A stretch of DNA of 64,000 bases from a virus. The notes under the pieces are model-generated. The model saw only the letters and a list, made by a program, of their open reading frames with translations. It had not been told where the DNA came from and did no database searches. The stretch lies in the IMG/VR virus record IMGVR_UViG_3300046538_000109, positions 7,211 to 71,210 of that record. The stretch is one strand, 5' to 3'. The position numbers and the translations under genes are program-made. Shown here in pieces: positions 18,921 to 26,869 of the stretch (position 1 is the first letter of the stretch; every line of letters starts with the position of its first letter).

Positions 18921-19274
18921 TTAAACGCGTGCGCTCTCGAGTTGGCCGGCTTCATTCAGTTTGGCCGCCCACTGGGGCATGCGGCCGCGCCCGGTCCACT
19001 GGTTTTTAGGCTCCGATGGGTCACGATATTTCACTGCCACCGTGCCGGGCGCTTTCGGCGCTTTCATGCTGTCCATCAAATCTTTCAGGGGGACGCCGAC
19101 ACTGCGGGCGATCTCGTTAATCTGGGCGCGCGCGTTGTTCACGGCTTCCGCTTCGCGGGTCGCGATCACGCGGGCGACGGCGACTGTTAATTCTTTCAGT
19201 TCTGGCAGCGACAGGGAGGACGCCAGTTCGGTCAACTCGGACAGCGACAGCAGGGAAGCAGCAGGGGTATTCAT
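18921..19274 (-). CDS. H-NS-like nucleoid-associated DNA-binding protein (xenogeneic silencer family)
   Basis: 117 aa; N-terminal helical oligomerisation-like region; C-terminal KYRDPSEPKNQWTGRGRMPQW matches the H-NS/Bv3F DNA-binding signature (TWTGRGRxPxW). Confidence 0.7.
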   Translation of the reverse strand: MNTPAASLLSLSELTELASSLSLPELKELTVAVARVIATREAEAVNNARAQINEIARSVGVPLKDLMDSMKAPKAPGTVAVKYRDPSEPKNQWTGRGRMPQWAAKLNEAGQLESARV

Positions 19275-19484
19275 AGGTTTTTTCCTTGGGTTAGCGGGTG
19301 AGTTACAATAAAACGTTGTAACGATACCCGCTCAGCATCCACGCTGTCAAAGATTATTTAAATAAAACGTCACAGCTGGCTTTAAATCTGGCTTTAAAGC
19401 CAATTGCCGAAGCGCTTTAAATGCCGATTTAAAGCATGTGGAGAAAGGGAGGCGCCCTGCGGAGAACCCGCAGGACGTGGAAGA

Positions 19485-20150
19485 TCAGGCTGCCAGGGAG
19501 ACGATCTGGGCGTGCACCTGGCGCGGCGCCTCTTGGGGTGCATCGCGCTCGCGGCGCCGGTCGCGGGCGCGGATCTCGCGGCGCTGCGGCCCCTGCGCGG
19601 CGAGGATCTGGTCGAGCAGCGCCTGCACGTCCTGCGGTTCGACGATGAGCTCCTGCGTCTCCGGCCGTGCCGCGTACAGTTGCGCGAACAGCGGTAGCCG
19701 GTGCAACTCGCGGATGTCGGACTCGACGTATTCGGGCGCGGTGTCGCGCCAGCTCATCGACCGAAGCTCCGGCATCCTGACCACTTGGCTGTTGCGCATG
19801 GCGGCGCGCTGGATCTCGATGTGTGGCAGGTGCATATCTCGCGCGGCATACCACGCGGCGCTCTGCCGGCTGAAATCGGATTCGCCCGAGTCGACCCAGC
19901 CGTACCCGCATGCCCGGTCCATGCGATCGCTGCGCAGCTGCTCCCAGCCGTTCAGGCGCCCGAACAGCGACAGGCCGAGCTCCTTGTGGTGCAGCACCGC
20001 ATTTTTGCCCAATGGGTCGCGGAAGTCCTCATCCAACGCGAGATCCCAGCCAAACCGGCCCAGGATGTACGTGTTGGTGAAGAACCCAAGCAGCTGGACC
20101 GGCACCGGCTCCGACTGCATCAGGTAGGCGCGATTAGGTGAACGAGCCAT
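19485..20150 (-). CDS. Hypothetical protein (221 aa, Arg-rich C-terminus)
   Basis: ORF; no motif recognised. Start may be the internal Met (MQSEPV...). Confidence 0.4.
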   Translation of the reverse strand: MARSPNRAYLMQSEPVPVQLLGFFTNTYILGRFGWDLALDEDFRDPLGKNAVLHHKELGLSLFGRLNGWEQLRSDRMDRACGYGWVDSGESDFSRQSAAWYAARDMHLPHIEIQRAAMRNSQVVRMPELRSMSWRDTAPEYVESDIRELHRLPLFAQLYAARPETQELIVEPQDVQALLDQILAAQGPQRREIRARDRRRERDAPQEAPRQVHAQIVSLAA

Positions 20151-20325
20151 CGGCGATGCTGGCTTTCAGGTCGTCGACTTCCGCCTCGCAGTTGCGCACC
20201 ACCTGGCGCGCCGCCTCGAGCTTGCGCAGCGCATTGACCAGCGCGCCCTTGGCCTTGGTGGTGCGCTCGGCGACGATCTGTTTCTCGGCGTCGGCGACCA
20301 CGCCCGTAATATCGATAAGACTCAT
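20134..20325 (-). CDS. Small hypothetical coiled-coil protein (63 aa)
   Basis: Short ORF overlapping downstream gene start by 17 nt; helical, charged. Confidence 0.3.
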   Translation of the reverse strand: MSLIDITGVVADAEKQIVAERTTKAKGALVNALRKLEAARQVVRNCEAEVDDLKASIADGSFT

Positions 20326-20428
20326 GCAGTTCTCCTTGATGGCGATGTGGGAACGGCAGTATGCCTGCGTGCACCGGGAAACTTGGATAGTCTACGCTCG
20401 TCGCGGACTCGGCGCCCGCCCGCAGGCG

Positions 20429-21154
20429 TCAGGCCGCTTCCGCCAGCTTCTCGTCACAGTCCCCGCAGCGCAGATTCAGCCCGGGCTTGCCCCACACGGC
20501 GACGTCGCAGCTGCAGCTGTATTTCGAGCGGTTGCTCTTGTTGGCGCCGCCTGCGGCCGTCGCCGGCGCGGCCAGCTGGAGGCCGCTGTCGGCGGCGATC
20601 GCGCTCGCCGCCGGCGGCAGATTCAGCACGATGCCGGGCGCCGCGGCGCCGGTGGCCGGCGGCCGCAGGGCGGTGAAGCGGTCATACCACGAGATCTTGA
20701 AATCGCTCGTGAGCAGCTTGGCGCACACGGCCAGGAAGCGGCCGCCGGCGATCGGGTAGTCGGCCACCTTGTCGCCGGTCTTTTTGCCGCCGGGCAGGCC
20801 GGTGGACGAGGGCATCAGTCCGATGGCCTCCATCTTGTCGCCCCATTCCTTGTCGTGATAGCGCCCGCGCGCCGGCGTGCCATGCTGGTGCTGCCACAGG
20901 TGCGCCATTTCGTGCGCGATGGTGGCCATGATTTCGACCAGCGGCACCACGGCGAAGCACTCCGGGTTCAGTGCGATCTCGTGCAGCTTTTCGCCCTGGC
21001 GGTTGCCAAAGCGGCCGGGCGAGAAGTAACCCATGGTGCCCGCTTTGCGTTGCAGTGTCAGCAGGCAGTCGCCCAAGCTGTTGTCGAACAGCTCGGCATT
21101 GAACGTGTCGTAGGCCTGCTGCAGCTCGGCGTAGACGATCGCGGTTTGTTTCAT
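20429..21154 (-). CDS. SprT-like zinc-metallopeptidase domain protein
   Basis: MKQTAIVYAELQQAYDTFNAELF... N-terminus typical of SprT family; HEMAHLWQH (HExxH) motif; C-terminal Cys cluster (CSCDVAVWGKPGLNLRCGDCDEKL) zinc ribbon. Start set to internal Met (codon 22 of the track ORF). Confidence 0.65.
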   Translation of the reverse strand: MKQTAIVYAELQQAYDTFNAELFDNSLGDCLLTLQRKAGTMGYFSPGRFGNRQGEKLHEIALNPECFAVVPLVEIMATIAHEMAHLWQHQHGTPARGRYHDKEWGDKMEAIGLMPSSTGLPGGKKTGDKVADYPIAGGRFLAVCAKLLTSDFKISWYDRFTALRPPATGAAAPGIVLNLPPAASAIAADSGLQLAAPATAAGGANKSNRSKYSCSCDVAVWGKPGLNLRCGDCDEKLAEAA

Positions 21155-21156
21155 GG

Positions 21157-21221
21157 CGTGTATTGTGCAATACAAATATGGAGGAAGATGAATTCTATCA
21201 ACTTTTGTATTGTGCAATACA
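21157..21221. promoter_or_regulatory. Two copies of an 8-2-8 palindrome TTGTATTG-TG-CAATACAA (21157-21174 imperfect 7/8; 21204-21221 perfect) overlapping the SprT-like start codon / divergent promoter
   Basis: Read directly; spaced ~47 bp centre to centre; region is AT-rich relative to genome. Confidence 0.5.
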
Positions 21222-21315
21222 AATAATGAGCAAAGACAGGCGCGATATCAATGCTTTGTTGCAGATGGTTGCCGGTCGGCTAATATGTTTGCTAACGATG
21301 CTTGCCGTTTACTAA

Positions 21316-21362
21316 ATCATAACGTAACATAACATTAGTAACATATCATAACGTAACATAAC
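21316..21362. promoter_or_regulatory. Direct repeat ATCATAACGTAACATAAC x2 (21316-21333, 21345-21362) immediately upstream of the kfrA-like start
   Basis: Read directly; 29-bp periodicity; AT-rich promoter-like region. Confidence 0.4.
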
Positions 21363-21373
21363 TGGGGTGAGCG

Positions 21374-22441
21374 ATGGGTCGAGAGTCGGCAATTACATAT
21401 GAACAAGTGGTGGCAGCGGCGGACGCGATGAAGGCGGGCGGGCTGCGGCCGACGTCCCGCGCGATCCGGGAGCGACTGGGCAATACGGGGAGCATGGGCA
21501 CCATCAACAGGATGCTGGGGGAGTGGAAAGTGGGCCAGGAGCACGCGATCACGAGTGCCCTCGTATTGCCGTCCGGGATCCAGCGCGCCATCCTCGAATT
21601 CATGGGTCAGGAACTGTCAGCAGCGAAGGCGGCGCTTGAAGCCGACTTGGCCGAGCAGCATCAAGAGGTGGCCGATCTCGCCACCGAAAACGAGCGGCAG
21701 GCCTCGGAGATCGATGGCCACATCGCCGCTGTCACGGCGCTGCAGGTGGAACTGGCGATGCTGCAGGGGCGCGCTACCCAGGTAGATCTCGACTGCCATG
21801 CCGCGCAGGCCGAGGCCGAGCGGGAGCGCCAGGCGGCCGAGAGCGCGCGTACCGAACTGGCGAAAGCGATGTTGCGCCTGGAATCCATGCCGCGCCTCGA
21901 GGCCGATCTCGGGACGGTGCGCGCTGCGCTGGAGTCTGAGCAGCGCGCCCGCGTGGCCGCAGAGCAGAGCGCGGCCGTGCTCGCGGCGCAGCTGGTGGGC
22001 TGCAATGACCGTGGCGCCGAGCTCCAGAACCGCGAAGCCAAGGGGCTGGCGCACGCCGCCGAGCTGGAGCATCAGCTGCAGGCGGCGACGGCCGATGCCG
22101 GCAAGGCCCGCGCCGCGGCGCAGACGGTCGAGCAGCAAGCAGCGGTATTGGCGGCAAAACTGGAGGCCAGCGACCAGCGCGGCGCCGAAATCGAAGCGCG
22201 GGAGCAGGCGGCAATCGCGCGCTGTGGCGAGCTCGAGCGCCAGATCCAGGGGTTGACGCGAGAAGTCGGCACGGCCAACGTGGCGGTGCAGGCCAGCCAG
22301 GCGCGACTGGAAAGCGCCGCCCGGGAACTGGATGGGGCGAGAGAGCAAATGCGCACGGCGCGGGAGGACTCCAAGCGGGCCGGCGAAGAGGCGGCCGAGC
22401 TGCGCGGGCAGCTGGACGCGCGCGGCAAGGACAAGCAGTAA
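21374..22441 (+). CDS. kfrA: KfrA-like DNA-binding protein (N-terminal KfrA_N wHTH + long Ala/Glu/Gln-rich coiled coil)
   Basis: N-terminus MGRESAITYEQVVAAADAMKAGGLRPTSRAIRERLGNTGSMGTINRMLGEWK closely parallels the RK2 KfrA N-terminal domain; remainder is a ~300 aa alanine-rich coiled coil as in KfrA. Confidence 0.7.
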   Translation: MGRESAITYEQVVAAADAMKAGGLRPTSRAIRERLGNTGSMGTINRMLGEWKVGQEHAITSALVLPSGIQRAILEFMGQELSAAKAALEADLAEQHQEVADLATENERQASEIDGHIAAVTALQVELAMLQGRATQVDLDCHAAQAEAERERQAAESARTELAKAMLRLESMPRLEADLGTVRAALESEQRARVAAEQSAAVLAAQLVGCNDRGAELQNREAKGLAHAAELEHQLQAATADAGKARAAAQTVEQQAAVLAAKLEASDQRGAEIEAREQAAIARCGELERQIQGLTREVGTANVAVQASQARLESAARELDGAREQMRTAREDSKRAGEEAAELRGQLDARGKDKQ

Positions 22442-22469
22442 CGCTGCTGTTCCCTCTCCCGGCGCCCTG

Positions 22470-22634
22470 CTACGGCGCTGCGCGTGGCTTGCTTGGCCAG
22501 GCCAGCAGCAGGGCGCCGCCGGCGAGCGAAAGCGCGCCGATGACCGGGCGCGACACATCGAACAGCAGGGCCAGTGGCCAGCCGATGATCAGCGCGACGA
22601 GTATCGACATGCTGATCCAGGTAACAAATTTCAT
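22470..22634 (-). CDS. Possible small membrane protein (54 aa, two TM segments), below ORF-track length cutoff
   Basis: MKFVTWISMSILVALIIGWPLALLFDVSRPVIGALSLAGGALLLAWPSKPRAAP; convergent with kfrA. Confidence 0.25.
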   Translation of the reverse strand: MKFVTWISMSILVALIIGWPLALLFDVSRPVIGALSLAGGALLLAWPSKPRAAP

Positions 22635-22726
22635 CGTGGTTGCGGCCGCTGCCAGTAGTTGATTTTTTGCAAGTATAGCCCGGCGTCGACGCCGCCGGTT
22701 GCAACAATACGGTTCAACCGGCGGGT

Positions 22727-22763
22727 GTGAATGCGTGATTATTGCCCATAATCACGCATTCAC
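22727..22763. repeat. Perfect 16-bp inverted repeat GTGAATGCGTGATTAT-tgccc-ATAATCACGCATTCAC
   Basis: Read directly (arms 22727-22742 and 22748-22763, 5-bp spacer); no downstream T-run so not a canonical terminator; lies between kfrA and the recombinase gene. Confidence 0.55.
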
Positions 22764-22827
22764 CATTTGCCAACTTTTTCAGCGTAGAATTACCCAATCG
22801 TCAATCGCCCTACCCCATAGGATCGCC

Positions 22828-23145
22828 ATGCACACTCTGCAAATCAGCATCCCCGAAGACCTTGATTTCTCCGCCCTGAAATTAAGCCGCCACCTTGAAA
22901 GCGGCGACATCGAATTCGACTGGGCACCCGTCGACGCCATCTGCGCCGCCTCCGGCATCGACCCGGATGTCTTCCGGCAGACCGCCGAGGACAACCTGGC
23001 CAGCTTGATCTCAACGTGGTACCACATGCACCGCGAACTGGGCGGCGCCGCCGACCCGGTGGCCGAGCAGATCACCGCCGAGATCGAGGCCGAAGCGATC
23101 GCCGGTATCGCCGGTGTTCAGGAGGCGTCGGGCCGCCTGCAATAG
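22828..23145 (+). CDS. Hypothetical protein (~105 aa)
   Basis: ORF; start assigned to internal ATG at 22828 downstream of the inverted repeat. Confidence 0.35.
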   Translation: MHTLQISIPEDLDFSALKLSRHLESGDIEFDWAPVDAICAASGIDPDVFRQTAEDNLASLISTWYHMHRELGGAADPVAEQITAEIEAEAIAGIAGVQEASGRLQ

Positions 23146-23152
23146 CGGTCCG

Positions 23153-24304
23153 ATGGACAGCAACCAGTCGCGCCCGCCAGCGCGATTCCAGCCGGCCACC
23201 GCGCTGGCCAGCCCTCCCCTACTCCCTGGCGCGCTCACGCACGCCGACACTGACGCGCGCCTGGTGCGACTATGGCTGCAACGCCCCAACCTCTCCCCGC
23301 GCACCATCCGCGCCGCCGACAAGGAGGCGCACCGTTTCCTGCTCTGGTGCGGCGCACACGGTCTGCAGCTGCGCACCGTCTACTACGAGCACCTGCTGGC
23401 CTACGCCAACTTCATCAGCCAGCCCGAACCAGCCGACCAATGGATCGCGGCGGCGAAGTACCCGCGCACCGATCAGCGCTGGCGTCCCTTCCTTGGCCCG
23501 CTGTCCGAACCGTCGCAGCGGCAAACGCTGGTGATCCTGAAAGGATTGTTCGGCTGGGCGCGCGCAGCCGAGTACCTGGCCCACAATCCGGCCAAGCTGC
23601 TGGGTAACCTGGCGCTGTCGGGCGAGGAAACCGTGTCGCGCTTCCTGCCCTCCCCAGCCATCCCGTTGCTGCTGGCGGCCGTCGAGCAGCTGCCGTGCGA
23701 TCGTCCAGGCGAAGCGATCCGCAAGGCCCGCGCCCGCTTCATCATCCTGGCCTACTACCATTCCGCCGCTAGGCTGAACGAGCTGGTGCAGGCGGACATG
23801 CGCAGCATCGCGCGCGAGCGCGACGGCCGCTGGTGGCTGCACGTTCTGGGGAAAGGAAAGAAGAAGGGCAAGGTACCGGTGACGGATCAGCTGCTGGCGG
23901 AGTATCAACGCTACCGTGAAGCGCTTGGTTTGAGTGCCCTGCCCCGGCACGATGAATCATTGCCGCTGCTACTGGCGTCACGCGGGCCACAACGCCGGGC
24001 CAGCCACTACACGATTGCCCGCGCAATCAAGCTCGTCATGAAAAGCGCCGGCGCGCTGGCCAGCGCCGATGGCAACCCCGAACTCGCGCGGCGGATTGAG
24101 CAAGCCTCCACGCACTGGTTGCGGCATTCCTCGCTCACGCACCAGCTCGACGCCGGGATGCCGCTGACCACCGTGCAGCGGAACGGCCGCCACGCGCACA
24201 TCAAAACCACGGGGCGTTACCTGCATAAAGAGGATGATGCTCGCCACAACGAAACGCAGGACGCTTGGGTGAAACTTTACACAGAGGGCGATTATTCAAA
24301 TTGA
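23153..24304 (+). CDS. Tyrosine site-specific recombinase / integrase
   Basis: C-terminal catalytic signature ...HWLRHSSLTHQ...HIKTTGRYLH (R-H-R-Y family); N-terminal SAM-like core-binding region; stop codon lies inside a palindromic repeat. Confidence 0.8.
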   Translation: MDSNQSRPPARFQPATALASPPLLPGALTHADTDARLVRLWLQRPNLSPRTIRAADKEAHRFLLWCGAHGLQLRTVYYEHLLAYANFISQPEPADQWIAAAKYPRTDQRWRPFLGPLSEPSQRQTLVILKGLFGWARAAEYLAHNPAKLLGNLALSGEETVSRFLPSPAIPLLLAAVEQLPCDRPGEAIRKARARFIILAYYHSAARLNELVQADMRSIARERDGRWWLHVLGKGKKKGKVPVTDQLLAEYQRYREALGLSALPRHDESLPLLLASRGPQRRASHYTIARAIKLVMKSAGALASADGNPELARRIEQASTHWLRHSSLTHQLDAGMPLTTVQRNGRHAHIKTTGRYLHKEDDARHNETQDAWVKLYTEGDYSN

Positions 24305-24327
24305 ATAATTCGTAAGTCATTGATTTT
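24288..24327. repeat. 40-bp direct repeat copy 1 containing 9-1-9 palindrome ATTATTCAA-a-TTGAATAAT then TCGTAAGTCATTGATTTT
   Basis: Read directly; near-identical copy at 25887-25926; overlaps recombinase stop codon (24302-24304). Confidence 0.6.
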
Positions 24328-24452
24328 TAATGGCGTGATGGCGGAATATCCGCTGACGCACTTCGTTTGTCGCCCGTCGAATTTGCTTCGCAAATCAAGC
24401 AGCGCTGTCGCGCTGTCGAAGCCGGGGCGGTTTCTTGGGGTTGCTCGTAAGA

Positions 24453-25645
24453 TCATCCATCATGAATATTCGGCATTCTGGCTATCGCAGCGAAAGAGGG
24501 CAGGATCTTTGCCTCTGGCTCAACAAATGACAAGGCCCCAGTTACCTGATGTGCAGCATACTTAACATCGCGGTTTGCGGCCGGTGGTGGCGCCAGGCTG
24601 ATGGTCGGAGGGGGAGTGGAGGCAACGACATGCTTATATTTGGCTATGGTCTGCCTGGCTAGACCAGTGGCACGTCCGATAGCTGCTTGAGTCAGTGTCT
24701 CGCCGCGCGCCTGCAATAAGCGACATGCGGCGCGGATCTTCGCTTCCGTGACAGATTGGCGCTCTTGGTGCGTGCGGGTCGCGGCGCGCTTTTGGCGCTC
24801 GGCCAGCGGCAACTCGGCGTCAAGCTGCATCACGCCGCGGTTTGCGCGACGAGAGCCGGTGTAATGCTCCCATGTCCACCTGGCGACCGATTTCACCGTC
24901 GCGCGGACTGATGACAGCGCCAGATTCGCGGCGAATCCGAGATGCAGGAACTGATTCTTGCTGTGCGCATAGGCGTCCACCATGCGTGTGAAGGAGGCGA
25001 GGGTGCCGCTGGCACGTTCGCGGCCCACAATCGAGTAGGCGTAGTGACGAAGGTACTCGAACAGCGTACAGTGGCGGGAATGCGCAACCTCATCCAGCTG
25101 GACGCCTTTGCTCCAAGGGCTTGTCGTTACCAGATCCACGTAGTCGGCCAGATCGCCCAGTTCATAGACGGTGCTGTGCAGTTCGTGCGTCAGCCACCAT
25201 GGATGGCCCGGGGTCTTGGCCACCGGCCCCGAATGATATTCCGGGTCGGCTGACAGCTTGGCGGCGAATGCCTCATAGACCGCCTTCATATAGGCGATCG
25301 GCCCGCCACGAGCTGCTGCCGTCGTGCACACTGGCGTGATGGCATAGTAAAGATGGCTGTGCCCGTTCTTTCGGTTGCGCACGATCAGATTCGGCGCCGG
25401 CAGACCGGCGTCCTCCCAGCGCCAAGCGTCCGCGTGGTCGAGGTCAAAAATCAACCAGCTCACAAAGCCCGGGCGGTTTATCTGCATATACGGGTAACGT
25501 ATCGCGTACTCACGTGGTCTAATTCGCGTCGCCGTCTTATCGTCGCTGCAGCGAGGCAGGTAAGGCGCTTCCCGCAGAATGCGGTTAAGCGCCGTTCCCG
25601 CCTGGAAGAAGCGAACCTCTTCCGATTTTGGAACGTGCATAGCCA
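24453..25645 (-). CDS. Putative plasmid/phage replication initiator (Replicase/primase-like N-terminus, C-terminal HTH)
   Basis: N-terminal region (LIVRNRKNGHSHLYYAIT...) recalled as resembling the plasmid 'Replicase' primase-type Rep family; C-terminal HTH LTQAAIGRATGLARQTIAKY; sits between partition genes and recombinase, flanked by palindromic direct repeats. Start set to the Met of MAMHVPK. Confidence 0.5.
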
Positions 25646-25683
25646 TCCTTGCCCCTGGAGGGGGTAAAGTTATTGACAGCCAT

Positions 25684-25741
25684 ACCAAGGGGGACTAAGA
25701 TGAAGTTTCTCAGGCCTCGGGGTCTTTGGTCCCCCTTGGTA
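25684..25741. promoter_or_regulatory. 13-bp perfect inverted repeat TACCAAGGGGGAC ... GTCCCCCTTGGTA (32-bp spacer) in the rep promoter region
   Basis: Read directly; 40-95 bp upstream of the rep start. Confidence 0.4.
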
Positions 25742-25757
25742 CAGCATCTAATTGTTT

Positions 25758-25790
25758 AAAAACGCCTCGATCGCCAAATCGGGGCGTTTT
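25758..25790 (-). terminator. Intrinsic terminator for the parAB operon (minus strand)
   Basis: Stem AAAACGCC/GGCGTTTT with 15-nt loop; on the minus-strand transcript followed by UUUUUAAA. Confidence 0.45.
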
Positions 25791-25886
25791 GCTTTCTAGG
25801 GTGGGTTTCAGTGGCCCATATTCATCCTCGTAGAAATGACAAAAACCCAGCCGAAGCCGGGTTTTCAATTAATAGTTGTTCCTCAC

Positions 25887-25926
25887 GCGATTATTCAATT
25901 TGAATAATTCGTAAGTCATTGATTTT
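25887..25926. repeat. 40-bp direct repeat copy 2 containing 9-1-9 palindrome ATTATTCAA-t-TTGAATAAT; 8 bp downstream of parB stop (candidate parS)
   Basis: Read directly; differs from copy 1 only at the central base of the palindrome. Confidence 0.6.
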
Positions 25927-25933
25927 ATTGAAA

Positions 25934-26869
25934 TCAACTATTGCTCTCCTGCTGAATTAACGTCCGCAGGAACGATTCTATTTTGTCGCGATGCGCTTCG
26001 AGATCCAAATTGCGGTCTGCCAAGCGAATAGTAATATCGCGCTTCTTCACTATTGTAACGTATGCAGTATTGCCGGAAGAGTTTGAAATGATGCGATTGG
26101 GCACATCTTTTTTTTCGTCGTTCAGCCTGGAAATCTGCTGAGCCACCCAGGCCTTCAAGCCATTTTGATCGGCGCCTTCTTTGAATCGCTTGACGCCCTC
26201 CACGATTGTCGCCGTATGTTCTGGGTGGGCCTTCCACAGCGCTTGGATATTGGCGGCGGCGGACACGCCAAACAGGCCGGGATCATCATCCAGCAGCGCA
26301 AGAATAGGCGAGGGCAGTTCCAGCATCGACAGGCACTTGGACACGAAGCCCTGAGACTTGCCGACTTGTACTGCCAGCTCGGACTGGGTATTCGCCAGCT
26401 TCTCATCCAGTCGGCGGCGGAAGCTGCAGCCGTACTCGTAGTCGTGCGGCGGAGTGCCGGTGTTATCGATCAGGACAGCGGCAGCGGCTTCCTTGTTGGA
26501 CAGGGCGACAATCAGCACGCGCGCCTCTTCCCATCCAATGCTCAGGGCCGAGTACTTGCGGGTATGCCCTTTGACAACTTCTGCGCGCCCTGGTGTGACA
26601 ATCCGCACCTCGATGGGGTCAACCTGGCGCGTGGCCAGCATGGACTGGCCAATGGCATCTACGCGCAGTGGATCAATCTTGAGGCGCGTCTGGTAGGGGC
26701 TATCATCCAGTAGGTCCAGGCGCATCATCATTTCGGTGCCCGGGACCGGGGCTGTTGGGCCGCTCGGCGCATCCTGTGGCGCGAATGCCGCAGATGGAGT
26801 GATGCCGGTGGCCGGCACGACACGCCCGGATTGGATTAATCCGGATACCTTGAATCCTGGCTTGCTCAC
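25934..26869 (-). CDS. parB: ParB-family partition protein
   Basis: 311 aa; ParB/Srx-like N-terminal region and central HTH (ELAVQVGKSQGFVSKCLSML); translationally coupled to the upstream parA (ATGA-type overlap 26866-26869). Confidence 0.75.
   Translation of the reverse strand: MSKPGFKVSGLIQSGRVVPATGITPSAAFAPQDAPSGPTAPVPGTEMMMRLDLLDDSPYQTRLKIDPLRVDAIGQSMLATRQVDPIEVRIVTPGRAEVVKGHTRKYSALSIGWEEARVLIVALSNKEAAAAVLIDNTGTPPHDYEYGCSFRRRLDEKLANTQSELAVQVGKSQGFVSKCLSMLELPSPILALLDDDPGLFGVSAAANIQALWKAHPEHTATIVEGVKRFKEGADQNGLKAWVAQQISRLNDEKKDVPNRIISNSSGNTAYVTIVKKRDITIRLADRNLDLEAHRDKIESFLRTLIQQESNS

Noticed and set aside
19485-20150. NUDIX-hydrolase assignment for the 221-aa protein
   Set aside because: No GX5EX7REUXEEXGU box could be aligned; kept as hypothetical.
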